Shown: positions 41,679 through 51,377, numbered from the stretch's first letter. The stretch is DNA of 64,000 nt from Acidobacteriota bacterium (GCA_003696075.1 RFHH01000119.1:10873-74872), one strand, 5' to 3'. Program-made: numbers and translations. Notes: generated by a model from the letters alone, not told the origin.

Positions 41679-44600
41679 ATGACCCTCAAACTGCCCACCC
41701 TTCCGCGCCAGCTCTTGCCGGCCGCCCTGGCGTCGCTCATCGTCGTGCCGCCCGCTGCAGGCGGGCCGCCGGCGGCGCTCGTCAGGGACCTCCGGTCGCC
41801 AGAAACCGCGGGATCGGGCGTTTCCTCCTTCCCCCACGATCTCGTCCGCTTCGGCTCGATCGTTCTGTTCGCCGCCGAGGACCCGGCGCACGGTAGCGAG
41901 CTGTGGCGGACCGACGGCACGCCCGGCGGGACGGAGTTGGTTCTGGACATCCAGGCGGGAGCGGGAAGCGGCTCCCCGACGAACCTCACGGTCGCCGGCG
42001 GCGCCGTCTACTTCACCGCGGACGACGGAGTTCACGGTCGCGAACTGTGGGTCAGCGACGGCACCGCCGCGGGAACGCGGATGGTGGCCGACATCGCGCC
42101 GGGACTCGCGGGTTCGCGGCCCGAAGCGCTCTTCTCCGACGGCACGCGCCTCTTCTTCGCGGCCGACGACGGGCTCCACGGCCAGGAGCTGTTCGTGACC
42201 GACGGAACGGCGGGCGGGACCGTACTGCTGGCCGACATCGCGGCCGGTACGGAGACGTCCTTTCCGCGGCCGCTCGGAGCCGCCGGCGGTCTCCTCTACT
42301 TCGCCGCCACCGAGAGGTCCGCTGCCGGCGTTTCTCCCGCCGGCACGGGACGCGAACTGTGGGTGACCGACGGGACGCCGGAGGGCACGCGGCTCGTCAA
42401 GGACATCGATCCAGGGGAGGCCTCTTCCTCGCCGGCCGGTTTCGCCCTGGCGGGCGGGCTCGTCCTGTTCAGCGCGGACGACGGCACCCACGGCCGGGAG
42501 CCCTGGGTCACGGACGGGACCGAGGCGGGCACGCACCTCCTTCTCGACGTCAATCCGCCGCAGGAAGGCGACGAGGCGCGCGGTTCCGATCCGCGGGAGT
42601 TTTTCCCCTTCGCCGGGATCGTGCTCTTCTCGGCCTTCCGCGACGAAGACGGCCGCGAGCTGTGGCGAACCGACGGCACCGCCGCCGGGACCTTCCCGGT
42701 GGCCGACATCGCTCCCGGAACGGATTCCTCGTCGCCGTTCGGCTTCACCGCCGCGGGCGGGTTCGTCTACTTCTCCGCCGCGGACCCGAACCACGGGCGC
42801 GAGCTGTGGCGAACCGACGGCACGCCGGGGGGAACGGCGCTCGTCGCCGACGTCGGCCGCGGGGCGGGTGCCGCTCCGGGGGCTGCCGACCCGCTCGACG
42901 GCGATCCGGGACAGCTCACCCCGCTCGGCGATGGGATCCTCTTCGCCGCCACCGACGAGGCGCACGGGCGGGAGCCCTGGTTCGCCGACGGCGCCGGCGC
43001 CGTCCTCCTCGCCGACGTCCGGCCGGGCGCGGCCGGGAGCGATCCCGTCGTGCTCGCCGCGGCCGGGAGTGCCGTCTATTTCGCCGCCGGGGAAGGTGGG
43101 GATGGCCGGACGCTGTGGCGCTCCGACGGCACGCCCGCAGGCACGGGCCCGGTCCCGACCCCCTTTCCGCCGCCCCTCGGGCCCGATACCGCGGTGGCCC
43201 TCGGCGAGCTGTTGATCTTCGTCGCCGACGACGGTGTCTCCGGGCGGGAGCCATGGGTGTTCGATCCGGCGGCCCCTCAGTCCGAGCGGTTGGCCGACAT
43301 CGCCGGAGAGGACGGTTCCCTCCCGATCCCTCTTCTGTTCACCGAGGTGGTGCGCACGGGCGAGACCGAGCCGGTCGAGCAGCTGTTCTTCTCCGCCGAC
43401 GACGGGCTCCACGGCCGCGAGCTATGGGCCACCTTCGGCACCCCGTCCGGGACGTCGCTGTTCGCGGACATCGATCCCGGCGCGCCGCCCTCGACGCCCG
43501 CGGACCTCACCCTGTTCACCGCCGACGGGGGGGACCGGATCGTGCTCCGGGCTCACTCGGAGGCGCTGGGCGAGGAACCGTACGCCGTGGTCCTCGCGAC
43601 CCAGGTTCTCGTCCCGCTGGGCGATCTCCGGCCGATCAGCGGCCTCGGCTCGAAACCGCGCGAGTTCACCCCCTCGGGCGGCTCGATCTTCTTCAGCGCG
43701 GACGACGGCATCCACGGCCGGGAACTGTGGCGGAGCGACGGGACGGCGGACGGAACCGCGCTGGTGGCCGACATCGGGCGTGACGGCACCGGGAGCGATC
43801 CCGATCCCCATGGCTCCGATCCGGCGGACCTGACGAGCGCCGCCGGACTCCTGTTCTTCGCTGCAGAGGATCCGGGCGCTGGCCGCGAGCTCTGGATCAC
43901 CGACGGCACGGAGGCGGGAACGCGGAGGGTGAAGGACATCGAACCGGGTCCCGGCTCCTCCTCGCCGCACGACCTCACCGCGCTGGGGAATCTCGTCCTG
44001 TTCGCCGCGAGCACGACGGACGCGGGCGAGGAGCTCTGGGCGAGCGACGGGACGGAGGCCGGAACGGCGCGACTGGCGGACATCGCTCCCGGCGCGGCGG
44101 GCTCCTCCCCGAGGATCCTGCTGACGGCAGGGAATCACGCCTATTTCAGCGCCGACGACGGGACGCACGGGCGCGAGCTCTATGTCACCGACGGAACGAG
44201 CACCGGAACCGTCTTCCTCGGCGATCTCGAGCCCGGCACCGGCGGCTCCGACCCGGCGGGGCTGTTCGACCTCTCCCGCGACGGCACCGAGCGCGTCCTC
44301 TTCACCGCCTGGACGTCCGCGGAGGGTCGCGAGCTGTGGGCGACCGACGGGACCCCGGCCGGTACGTCGCTCCTCGCCGACATCGCAGCGGGGCCGGCCT
44401 CCTCCGATCCGGCCGGGATGACGCTCCTGGACGCCTCGGCGCTGTTCAGCGCGGACGACGGCCTGCACGGCCGCGAGCCGTGGGTCACCGACGGGACCGC
44501 CGCGGGAACCTCCCTCGTCGCGGACATCTCCCCCGGGGCGGCGTCGTCCATGGCCGCCGGGGCGGCGTCCTTCGCCGCCGCGGGCGGGCGAGCCTTCTTC

Positions 44601-45116
44601 GCCGCGGACGACGGGGTGAGCGGGGCCGAGCCGTGGTCGACCGACGGGACGAATGCCGGAACGGAGCTGGTGCAGGACATCGCACCCGGCCCGGCCGGAT
44701 CGGCGCCGGCTCGTTTCCTGGCGGGCCGGACGCGCGTCTTCTTCTCGGCGGACGACGGCACGCACGGCCGGGAACTGTGGGCGATCGACCTGTGTTCCTA
44801 CCCGTCGTCGGGGGATTGCGACGGCGACGGCGTGCCGAACCAGGCGGACAACTGCCCGAGGACCCCGAACGCGGACCAGCTGGATTTCGACGCCGATGGG
44901 GCCGGCGACGCCTGCGAGTCGGGCGCCTCCGCAGCGGACGCCGACCGATCGGGTCGCGTCGACGGGTACGACCTCGCCGCCCTCGGGAGGGCGTTCGGCG
45001 CCGCCGCGGGAGATCCCCGTTACGATCCGACGGTCGATCTCGACCGGAACGGATTCGTGGACGGAGAGGATCTCGCCCTTTTCGCCCCCGAGTTCGGCGC
45101 GGAGGTGGAGCCATGA
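41679..45116 (+). CDS. Secreted ELWxxDGT-repeat (beta-propeller) protein with TSP type-3-like Ca-binding repeat and C-terminal dockerin
   Basis: Signal peptide; about 20 G(R)ELWxxDGT-like repeats; DCDGDGVPNQADNCPRTPNADQLDFDADGAGDAC; duplicated loop-helix DADRSGRVDGYDLAALGRAFG and DLDRNGFVDGEDLALFAPEFG. Confidence 0.9.
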   Translation: MTLKLPTLPRQLLPAALASLIVVPPAAGGPPAALVRDLRSPETAGSGVSSFPHDLVRFGSIVLFAAEDPAHGSELWRTDGTPGGTELVLDIQAGAGSGSPTNLTVAGGAVYFTADDGVHGRELWVSDGTAAGTRMVADIAPGLAGSRPEALFSDGTRLFFAADDGLHGQELFVTDGTAGGTVLLADIAAGTETSFPRPLGAAGGLLYFAATERSAAGVSPAGTGRELWVTDGTPEGTRLVKDIDPGEASSSPAGFALAGGLVLFSADDGTHGREPWVTDGTEAGTHLLLDVNPPQEGDEARGSDPREFFPFAGIVLFSAFRDEDGRELWRTDGTAAGTFPVADIAPGTDSSSPFGFTAAGGFVYFSAADPNHGRELWRTDGTPGGTALVADVGRGAGAAPGAADPLDGDPGQLTPLGDGILFAATDEAHGREPWFADGAGAVLLADVRPGAAGSDPVVLAAAGSAVYFAAGEGGDGRTLWRSDGTPAGTGPVPTPFPPPLGPDTAVALGELLIFVADDGVSGREPWVFDPAAPQSERLADIAGEDGSLPIPLLFTEVVRTGETEPVEQLFFSADDGLHGRELWATFGTPSGTSLFADIDPGAPPSTPADLTLFTADGGDRIVLRAHSEALGEEPYAVVLATQVLVPLGDLRPISGLGSKPREFTPSGGSIFFSADDGIHGRELWRSDGTADGTALVADIGRDGTGSDPDPHGSDPADLTSAAGLLFFAAEDPGAGRELWITDGTEAGTRRVKDIEPGPGSSSPHDLTALGNLVLFAASTTDAGEELWASDGTEAGTARLADIAPGAAGSSPRILLTAGNHAYFSADDGTHGRELYVTDGTSTGTVFLGDLEPGTGGSDPAGLFDLSRDGTERVLFTAWTSAEGRELWATDGTPAGTSLLADIAAGPASSDPAGMTLLDASALFSADDGLHGREPWVTDGTAAGTSLVADISPGAASSMAAGAASFAAAGGRAFFAADDGVSGAEPWSTDGTNAGTELVQDIAPGPAGSAPARFLAGRTRVFFSADDGTHGRELWAIDLCSYPSSGDCDGDGVPNQADNCPRTPNADQLDFDADGAGDACESGASAADADRSGRVDGYDLAALGRAFGAAAGDPRYDPTVDLDRNGFVDGEDLALFAPEFGAEVEP
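41890..44790 (+). repeat. Intragenic ELWxxDGT repeats (about 20 copies, about 50 aa period)
   Basis: Recurrent DNA motif GACGACGGnnnnCACGGnCGnGAnCTnTGG...GACGGnAC. Confidence 0.85.
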
Positions 45117-45754
45117 CAACGCGGAACGGCGGCGAGTTCGCCCGGGTGCGGCTCGCCCGCCCGCTGCTGGCGGCGGTGGCGGCCGTCATGGTGGGGACCG
45201 GTCTCCTCGCGACGGGGTGCCACGAAGCCCCGCCGGATATCCTCTTCGAATCCCCGCTCACCACCTTCTTCACGGAAAGCTCCACTCCGGATGCCCCGGA
45301 TCTCGTCCGGCTGCGCGGGGAGGTCATCGACAACCAGACCGTTCTGGTTGAAGTCGTCGTCACCGGTCCGACCACCAGCTCCGACATCTACTCGTTCGCT
45401 TTCGACCTGCTGTTCAGCGGCGATCTCACCCCGCAGTACGTGTCCGGATCGGCCGAGGCGGGTGATTTCCTCACGGCCGGACCGGGCCAGGACGTCGTCG
45501 CCCAGGTGAGTCAATCGGGGGCGCGCCTGACCGTCGGGGTGACGAAGACGGGCGGTGGTCCGGGCAACGGCCTGGGGGCGGGACAGGCCACGGTGGTGAG
45601 CTTCCGCGTCACCCTCCCGGAAGCGGGCCGGGCGGCGATCCGCTTCGCGGCCGATCCCCAGGGACGCGCTCCCGCCGCCCTCGATCCCTCGGGAAATCCG
45701 GTGCCGTCGATCGTGTTCGACGGCGAACCGGCGGTCATCGCGCGGCAGGCGTGA
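45113..45754 (+). CDS. Cohesin-like domain lipoprotein 1
   Basis: ATGA overlap with the upstream gene; lipobox-like LATGC; beta-rich VLVEVVV...IYSFAFDLLF...AEAGDFL...LTVGVTK...VVSFRV...AAIRF. Confidence 0.72.
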   Translation: MTTRNGGEFARVRLARPLLAAVAAVMVGTGLLATGCHEAPPDILFESPLTTFFTESSTPDAPDLVRLRGEVIDNQTVLVEVVVTGPTTSSDIYSFAFDLLFSGDLTPQYVSGSAEAGDFLTAGPGQDVVAQVSQSGARLTVGVTKTGGGPGNGLGAGQATVVSFRVTLPEAGRAAIRFAADPQGRAPAALDPSGNPVPSIVFDGEPAVIARQA

Positions 45755-46635
45755 GGGCTCACGGGACGCCGCGCGGGTTCGGACCGGCCGCCGGGGCGGT
45801 GCTCGCGATCGTCCTGGTCTCGGTGGGATGCGCGACCACGGGGCCTCCCGGCGTTCCTCCCGGCGCTCGCCCGCTCTCCCCCCCGCCCCGCGAGCCGGCC
45901 GGCGAGGGCGGCTCACGCGTGGGCGGCCCGCCGGGGGAGGTGCCGCGTCCCGCGGGACGCGGTTCGGAGGCGCCCGCGCCGCCGGAGGCCGGGGAACCCG
46001 CCCGGACGAACGAGGGATCCGGAAAAGACTCCGCCCCCGGCGGACCCGGCCGAGCCGGCTTCGTCGCGGCCGTCCCCCCGGACTCCCCCGCGGAGGTTCC
46101 CGCGGCGGGCGAAGCGGCGGAGCCGCTCGCCCCGAGCCGCGAGCCACCGGAGCGGGAGCCGCCGGAACACGCTCGCGAGCCAGCGGCGCCGCAGGAGTCC
46201 CCGGGCCCGGAACCGGGTGCGGAGACGGCGATCCTCGTCGTCCCCGAGCCCGCGGAGGTTGCCCCCGGGGAAATCGTCACGCTGAGCGTGCGCCTCGCCG
46301 CGGCGGTCGAGGTGTCGAGCGTCCCCCTTCTCGTGCGGTTCGATCCCCGGATCGTGTCGTTTCTCGACGCGGCCGAGGGAGATTTCCTCCGCCGGGACGG
46401 CGCCCCCACCGCGTTTCTGGCGTCGCTCGACTCGTCCGGCCGCGCGGTGGTGGTGGGAAACTCGCGACTCGGCCGCCGGCCGGGGCTGTCGGGAGACGGA
46501 GAGGTCTGCCGGCTCCGTTTCCGCGCGCTGGCCTCCGGTGATCCGGCGTTCTCCGTCCCCCGGGCGAACGTGAGGGCCGCGGGCGGCGCCGTCGTGGCGG
46601 CCGAGCTCACCGTCCTGCCCGCACGGGTGCGCTGA
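45751..46635 (+). CDS. Cohesin domain lipoprotein 2 with Pro/Glu/Ala-rich stalk
   Basis: GTGA overlap; lipobox VSVGC; long PEA linker; VAPGEIVTLSVRL...VRFDPRIVSF...EGDFL...SGDGEVCRLRFRALASG. Confidence 0.8.
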   Translation: MRAHGTPRGFGPAAGAVLAIVLVSVGCATTGPPGVPPGARPLSPPPREPAGEGGSRVGGPPGEVPRPAGRGSEAPAPPEAGEPARTNEGSGKDSAPGGPGRAGFVAAVPPDSPAEVPAAGEAAEPLAPSREPPEREPPEHAREPAAPQESPGPEPGAETAILVVPEPAEVAPGEIVTLSVRLAAAVEVSSVPLLVRFDPRIVSFLDAAEGDFLRRDGAPTAFLASLDSSGRAVVVGNSRLGRRPGLSGDGEVCRLRFRALASGDPAFSVPRANVRAAGGAVVAAELTVLPARVR

Positions 46636-46687
46636 CCGCGGTATGATGCTTCCGGTCGCCCGGTGCTCCGGGCGAGGGGAGGTCTCC

Positions 46688-47440
46688 ATGATCGCCGTCG
46701 GCAGCGAAGCGCCAGCCTTCACCCTTCAGGACCAGTTCGGGCGCACCATCGATTCGAAGAAGATCCTGGAAACGCGGCACCTCATGCTCTTGTTCTACCC
46801 GCTCGACTTCACCCCCACGTGAAGCCGGGAGGTGCCGGCGGTCCAAGCGCGGCTCGCGCGCTTCGAGGCCGCCCACACCCAGGTTCTGGGTGTCAGCGTC
46901 GACAGCATCTACTGCCACGCCAACTGGGCACGGAGTCTCGGAGGCATTTCGTTCCCCCTGCTGGCCGATTTCCACCCGAAAGGCGACGTGGCGCGCCGTT
47001 TCGGGCTCTACCTCGAGGACAAGGGGATCACGGACCGGGCGACCGTGATCGTCTCGCGCGACGGCATCGTGCGGTTCGCGGAATCGGTGACGCCCGCGGG
47101 CGAACGCGACATCGACGCGCTCGTGGCCGAATGCGAGCGGATCGACCGCGAGCACCCGGGCGGGGAACCCCCGGCACGCCGCCGACTCCCCGACGGTTCG
47201 GTGCTCTTCGTGAAGACCGGCTGCCCCTTCTGCCGTTGGGTGCTCGCTGCGCGGGAGAACCTCGGGCTCACCGAGTCGCTGCCCGTGCGGAACGTCTCGG
47301 AGGACCCGCAGGCGCGCGCCGAGCTGGAGCGCATCGCCGGCCGGACCCAGGTGCCGTGCCTCGTGAGGGAGGGCGAGCCGATGCACGAGTCGGCCGAGAT
47401 CGCTCGCTTCCTCGCCGAACTCGCCGCACCCGTCCACTGA
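46688..47440 (+). CDS. Selenocysteine peroxiredoxin (AhpC/TSA, AhpE/BCP-like) fused to a glutaredoxin domain (Sec45, TGA 46820-46822)
   Basis: RBS GGAGG; MIAVGSEAPAFTLQDQ...FYPLDFTPT-TGA-SREVP...VLGVSVDS in one frame; C-terminal GCPFC...QVPCL...MHESAEI. Confidence 0.88.
46834..46853 (+). promoter_or_regulatory. Putative bacterial SECIS hairpin (peroxiredoxin)
   Basis: GCCG-GC-[GGUCCAA]-GC-(G)-CGGC at +12..+31 after the UGA. Confidence 0.55.
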
Positions 47441-47510
47441 ACCGGAGCGGGCGGGCCGGAGCTCCGATCGGGCCGCGGCCGGCGCGGCGGCGAACCGTTG
47501 CGGAGGCGGT

Positions 47511-49949
47511 TCAGGAGAACTGGCGCAGCGTCTCGGCCATCTGCGACAGCCGCCGCGAGACCCGATCGCCCAGGCTTCCGGCCGGCCACGTGCCGTTCTC
47601 GTCCGGCGCACCGAACGGAATGCCGGCGAGCAGACCCATCAACTCCGCCACGCTGTCCACCGGGTGGATGCGGAATTTGCCCGCCGCGATGTCGTCGACC
47701 ACCTCGGGCGAAAGCTGGAGGTAGGCCACGCACGACGATGGGATGATCACGCCCGGCCGCCCCCGGAACCCCCGCTCGCGGCACGCCCGCCAGAAGCCCT
47801 CGATCTTCTCGTTGATACCGCCCACGGCGAGCACGTTCCCGTGCTGGTCCACCGCACCTGTGACCGCGAGGTCCTGCCGCAGCGGTTGATTCGAGAGGGC
47901 GGAGAGCAGCGCGGCGAGTTCGGCCGACGACGCCGAGTCTCCCTCCACGCCGCCATAGGACTGCTCGAAGCAGATGCTCGCGGTGACCGACAGCGGGAGG
48001 CGTCGCGCGAACTGGGAACGGAGATACCCCGCCAGGATCAGCGAAGCCTTGGTGTGGATCTCCCCCGACAGATCCGCTTCCCTTTCGACGTCGATCACCC
48101 CTTCGTCCCCAACGGCCACGGTGGCGGTGATGCGCACGGGGTAGCCCAGCCGTTCCAGTTTCGTCTGCACGACGGCGAGCGCGTTCACCTGGCCCACCGC
48201 CGTGCCCTCGAGATCCAGCTTGAGCACCCCTTCCCGGATCGCGTCCTGAATGCGTCCCGACAGGAGGCCCTGCCGCTCGCGCCGGGCTCGCAGCGCCCGC
48301 TCGACATCCTGCATCTCCACCCGGCCGACCCCCCGCTCCCGCGCGAACCAGGTGGCCTCCCGCGCCAGGTCCAACATCTCGCGGAAGCGCGTCGACAACC
48401 GGTGGCGGCTGTCGGCCAGCCTGACCATGTACTCCATGATCCGTGCGACACCGTCCCGGGAGATCGGCAGGAGGTCCTCCTCCTTCACGACGCGCGCGAG
48501 GAAGCACGCGTAGGAGTAGACCATCTCGGCGGTCAGCGGGACCCGGTCGTCGAACAGCGCGGTCACCTTGAACAGCTTGGAGAACTCCTCGTCGCCGCTA
48601 TGGAGCAGATCGTGAGTGCCGACCGTTCCGACGAGGACCACGGTGACATCGATCGGGATCGGCTCGGGAAGGAGCACCGGCGGCCCCTCGGAGGCGTTGC
48701 CGCTGACCGGGGTGACGCTGTTGGTGAGCATGGACCTCCGGAGCGCCGGCCACGCCCCCTCTTCCGACAGCAGCTCCCTCGCGTTCAGGACGAGATAGCC
48801 GCCGTCGGCGCGGTGCAGGGCCCCGGGACGGATGCTCGACAGGCCCGCCTGCAGGCCCCCTTCCGGCGTCCGCCGAGCTTCGACCACACCGCACAGGCGG
48901 GGCGCGGTGGGATCCACCTCCTCCACCAGGGGCCGTCCGTCCTCCTCGGCCCGGTCGACCAGAAGGTTCACGCGGAGCACGTCGAGCGGGCTGAATGGCG
49001 TGCCCTCGCCCGGTTGCGTGCGGACCGCCTCCCCCTGGGCGTAGAGAACCGGGAAGATCTCCAGAAGGTAGTTCTCGACGTCGGCGAGGAAGCGGTCCAG
49101 ACCCGGCCGCTCTCCCTCCTCCAGTCCCACCGCCTCTCGGATTCCGCCGACGATCTCCTTGATCGCCGGAACGGCCGCCTGCCGGTCGAACTCCGCCACC
49201 GCGCGTTCGAGCTCGCGGCCCAGCGCCTGGAGCTTCGCCGTTTCGCGCGAAAGGCGCGCGGCGAGCTCCGGATGCCTCCGGCGCAAGCGCTCCGCCTCCT
49301 CGGCGGGGATGACGCCCTCGTGGACCTTGCCGTCCAGCTCTCCCATGGAGACGGGTTCCCCCCCGACGACCGGGGCGAGCTCGTGCCGCCGGAAGTTGCC
49401 CAGATTCACCTCGACGAGGGCGAAGCCCTCCTTTTCGACCTCCGTCTGGAAGTCCTTGATGATCCGGCTCTGCTGCTGCTGGAACCGGCGGGCGATCATC
49501 TGCCGCCGCTTCCTGTGCGTCTGGGAGCCTCGAAGGGCGAGAAGGCCGTGCTGGAAGCGCTCGATCGCGGCGTCGAGCGCCGCTCTCAATCTCCGGCCCG
49601 CCCCGGCGGGGAGCCGGAGCGCGCGCGGCGATCTCGGATCGGCGAAGTTGTGCACGTAGCACAGGTCGTCCGGGACGGGCCCCTTCTTCCGCACCTCCTG
49701 GAGGACGCGCCTGACCGTGGATGTCCGGCCGGTGCCCGGGAGCCCGGCTACGTAGACGTTGTAGCCGCGTGCCCTCAGACTGGCCGCCAATCGCACCGCG
49801 TCGACAGCCTTCGGCTGGTCGTAGGCGCTGGCGCAGTCGCCGAGCTCGGCCGTGGTCTCGAACGGCAGCCACTCCGCGGGACAGCGCCAGGCCACCTGGT
49901 CGGCCGTCAGGGAACGTTCGAGCGGTTCCGGTCCTCGGCTCACGGGCAA
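47511..49949 (-). CDS. Lon-like protease (LonC/YcbZ-type AAA-like plus Lon protease domain)
   Basis: YNVYVAGLPGTGR, CYVHNF, PGALHRADGGYL, FEQSYGGVEGDSAS (Ser), GGINEKIEGF (Lys). Start is TTG 49949 or GTG 49943. Confidence 0.9.
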   Translation of the reverse strand: MPVSRGPEPLERSLTADQVAWRCPAEWLPFETTAELGDCASAYDQPKAVDAVRLAASLRARGYNVYVAGLPGTGRTSTVRRVLQEVRKKGPVPDDLCYVHNFADPRSPRALRLPAGAGRRLRAALDAAIERFQHGLLALRGSQTHRKRRQMIARRFQQQQSRIIKDFQTEVEKEGFALVEVNLGNFRRHELAPVVGGEPVSMGELDGKVHEGVIPAEEAERLRRRHPELAARLSRETAKLQALGRELERAVAEFDRQAAVPAIKEIVGGIREAVGLEEGERPGLDRFLADVENYLLEIFPVLYAQGEAVRTQPGEGTPFSPLDVLRVNLLVDRAEEDGRPLVEEVDPTAPRLCGVVEARRTPEGGLQAGLSSIRPGALHRADGGYLVLNARELLSEEGAWPALRRSMLTNSVTPVSGNASEGPPVLLPEPIPIDVTVVLVGTVGTHDLLHSGDEEFSKLFKVTALFDDRVPLTAEMVYSYACFLARVVKEEDLLPISRDGVARIMEYMVRLADSRHRLSTRFREMLDLAREATWFARERGVGRVEMQDVERALRARRERQGLLSGRIQDAIREGVLKLDLEGTAVGQVNALAVVQTKLERLGYPVRITATVAVGDEGVIDVEREADLSGEIHTKASLILAGYLRSQFARRLPLSVTASICFEQSYGGVEGDSASSAELAALLSALSNQPLRQDLAVTGAVDQHGNVLAVGGINEKIEGFWRACRERGFRGRPGVIIPSSCVAYLQLSPEVVDDIAAGKFRIHPVDSVAELMGLLAGIPFGAPDENGTWPAGSLGDRVSRRLSQMAETLRQFS

Positions 49950-50102
49950 CCTCCCGGCGGGGGCAGGCCCCGCCCCTCCTCCCGCGACAGTCTACGACGG
50001 TGGGGCGGGAGCGTCGTGCTGCCGGTCCCCGGGGCGCGGCGCGGCCGCGCTGGTGGCACTATTGATATCCCCACCGGCTCCACCCGGCGGGAGGTAGGCA
50101 CC

Positions 50103-51377
50103 GTGGGCGGACTGCTCGAAACGTTCCATCCGGTCGACCTCGAGCTGTTCAAGGCGTTCGCCGAGGCGCTGGCGATCGGCCTGCTCGTCGGAGTGGAGCG
50201 CTACAAGGACCGGGAGCCGGACGAACGGGCGGCGGCCGGCATTCGCACCTTCGCCATCATCTCGCTCCTGGGGGCGATCTGCGGCCTGGTGGGCGAGGTC
50301 GGCTTCACGCTCGCCACATTCGGGGCGCTCGCGGTTCTCGTGGCGATCGGCTACCACCGCGAATCGCCGGAGAGCATCGGACTCACGACCGAGATCACCG
50401 CGCTGGTGACGTTCTGGCTCGGCTACATCGTCCGCGATCACGAGCGGCTCGCCATCGCTTCCACGATCGTGCTCGTCATCCTTCTCGCGTCGAAGCGAAC
50501 GCTTCACGACTTCGTCAAGGGAAAGGTCAGCGACGCCGAGTTCTACGACACGCTCAAGTTCCTCGCGGTGGTCTTCGTGGTCCTGCCTCTGCTGCCGAAC
50601 CGGCCACTGGGCCCGCTGGGCTTCTTCAATCCGGCGAAGATCTGGATGCTGGTCATCATCGTTTCCACGATCAGCTACTCCGGTTACGTGCTGATGCGCG
50701 TGATGGGACGCGACCGCGGTCTCGCTGCCAGCGCTCTCGTCGGGGGGCTGGTGTCGACCACCGCCGTGACGCTCTCCCTCGCCGACCGGGCCAACCGGAC
50801 GCCTGCTCTCACCCGAGCCTGCGGCGTTTCGGGTGTCCTCGCCAACGCGGTGCAGTTTCCCCGGCTCCTGTTCCTGGTGTGGATCGTGGAGCCGCGCCTC
50901 GGCCGTCTTCTCGCGCTTCCTCTGCTCGGGGGATTCGCCGCGGGGCTCGCCGGGGCATGGGTGCTCGGCACCCTCCGGCGGCGGGAGGACGACCCGGAAC
51001 TCGAGGTCGCGCTTCCCAATCCGTACTCGCTGGCGGCGGCGCTCCGCTTCGCAGCGATGTTCGTGGTCGTCCTCTTCGCCGCCCGCGCGGCCACCATCTC
51101 CCTGGGCGACCGCGGGCTGTATCTGGCGAGCGCGGTGGCCGGGCTGGTGGATGCCAGCGCGATTTCGCTCACGGCGGCGGACATGGCCGCGCGGACCCAG
51201 CTCGCCCCCGGGGCGGCTGCGATCGCGGTGGTGATCGCCATCGCGACCAATGCCCTTCTGAAATGGATCCTGGCCCTGGCCAACGGTACGCGGGAGCTGG
51301 CCTTCTGGCTGGGAGGCGGCTTCGTCACGATGGTGGGCACCGCGGCGCTCCTGCTCGGAGTGGCGCTCCTCGTGTGA
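50103..51377 (+). CDS. MgtC/SapB-family DUF4010 membrane protein
   Basis: LAIGLLVGVER, AGIRTF, GLTTE, LPLLPN, GGLVSTTAVT; RBS GGAGG. Confidence 0.9.
   Translation: MGGLLETFHPVDLELFKAFAEALAIGLLVGVERYKDREPDERAAAGIRTFAIISLLGAICGLVGEVGFTLATFGALAVLVAIGYHRESPESIGLTTEITALVTFWLGYIVRDHERLAIASTIVLVILLASKRTLHDFVKGKVSDAEFYDTLKFLAVVFVVLPLLPNRPLGPLGFFNPAKIWMLVIIVSTISYSGYVLMRVMGRDRGLAASALVGGLVSTTAVTLSLADRANRTPALTRACGVSGVLANAVQFPRLLFLVWIVEPRLGRLLALPLLGGFAAGLAGAWVLGTLRRREDDPELEVALPNPYSLAAALRFAAMFVVVLFAARAATISLGDRGLYLASAVAGLVDASAISLTAADMAARTQLAPGAAAIAVVIAIATNALLKWILALANGTRELAFWLGGGFVTMVGTAALLLGVALLV

Noticed and set aside
41890..44790. Periodic DNA repeats as a CRISPR array
   Set aside because: The repeats are degenerate, codon-phased copies inside an ORF (ELWxxDGT), and no cas genes are present.
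46688..46822. Peroxiredoxin as a nonsense-disrupted pseudogene
   Set aside because: The TGA falls exactly on the catalytic Cys position, is followed by a SECIS-like hairpin, and a second Sec-type gene is in the window.
47664..50102. Apparent 813-aa N-terminal extension of the MgtC/DUF4010 protein
   Set aside because: Antisense to the Lon-like gene. The real start is the GTG at 50103 after GGAGG.
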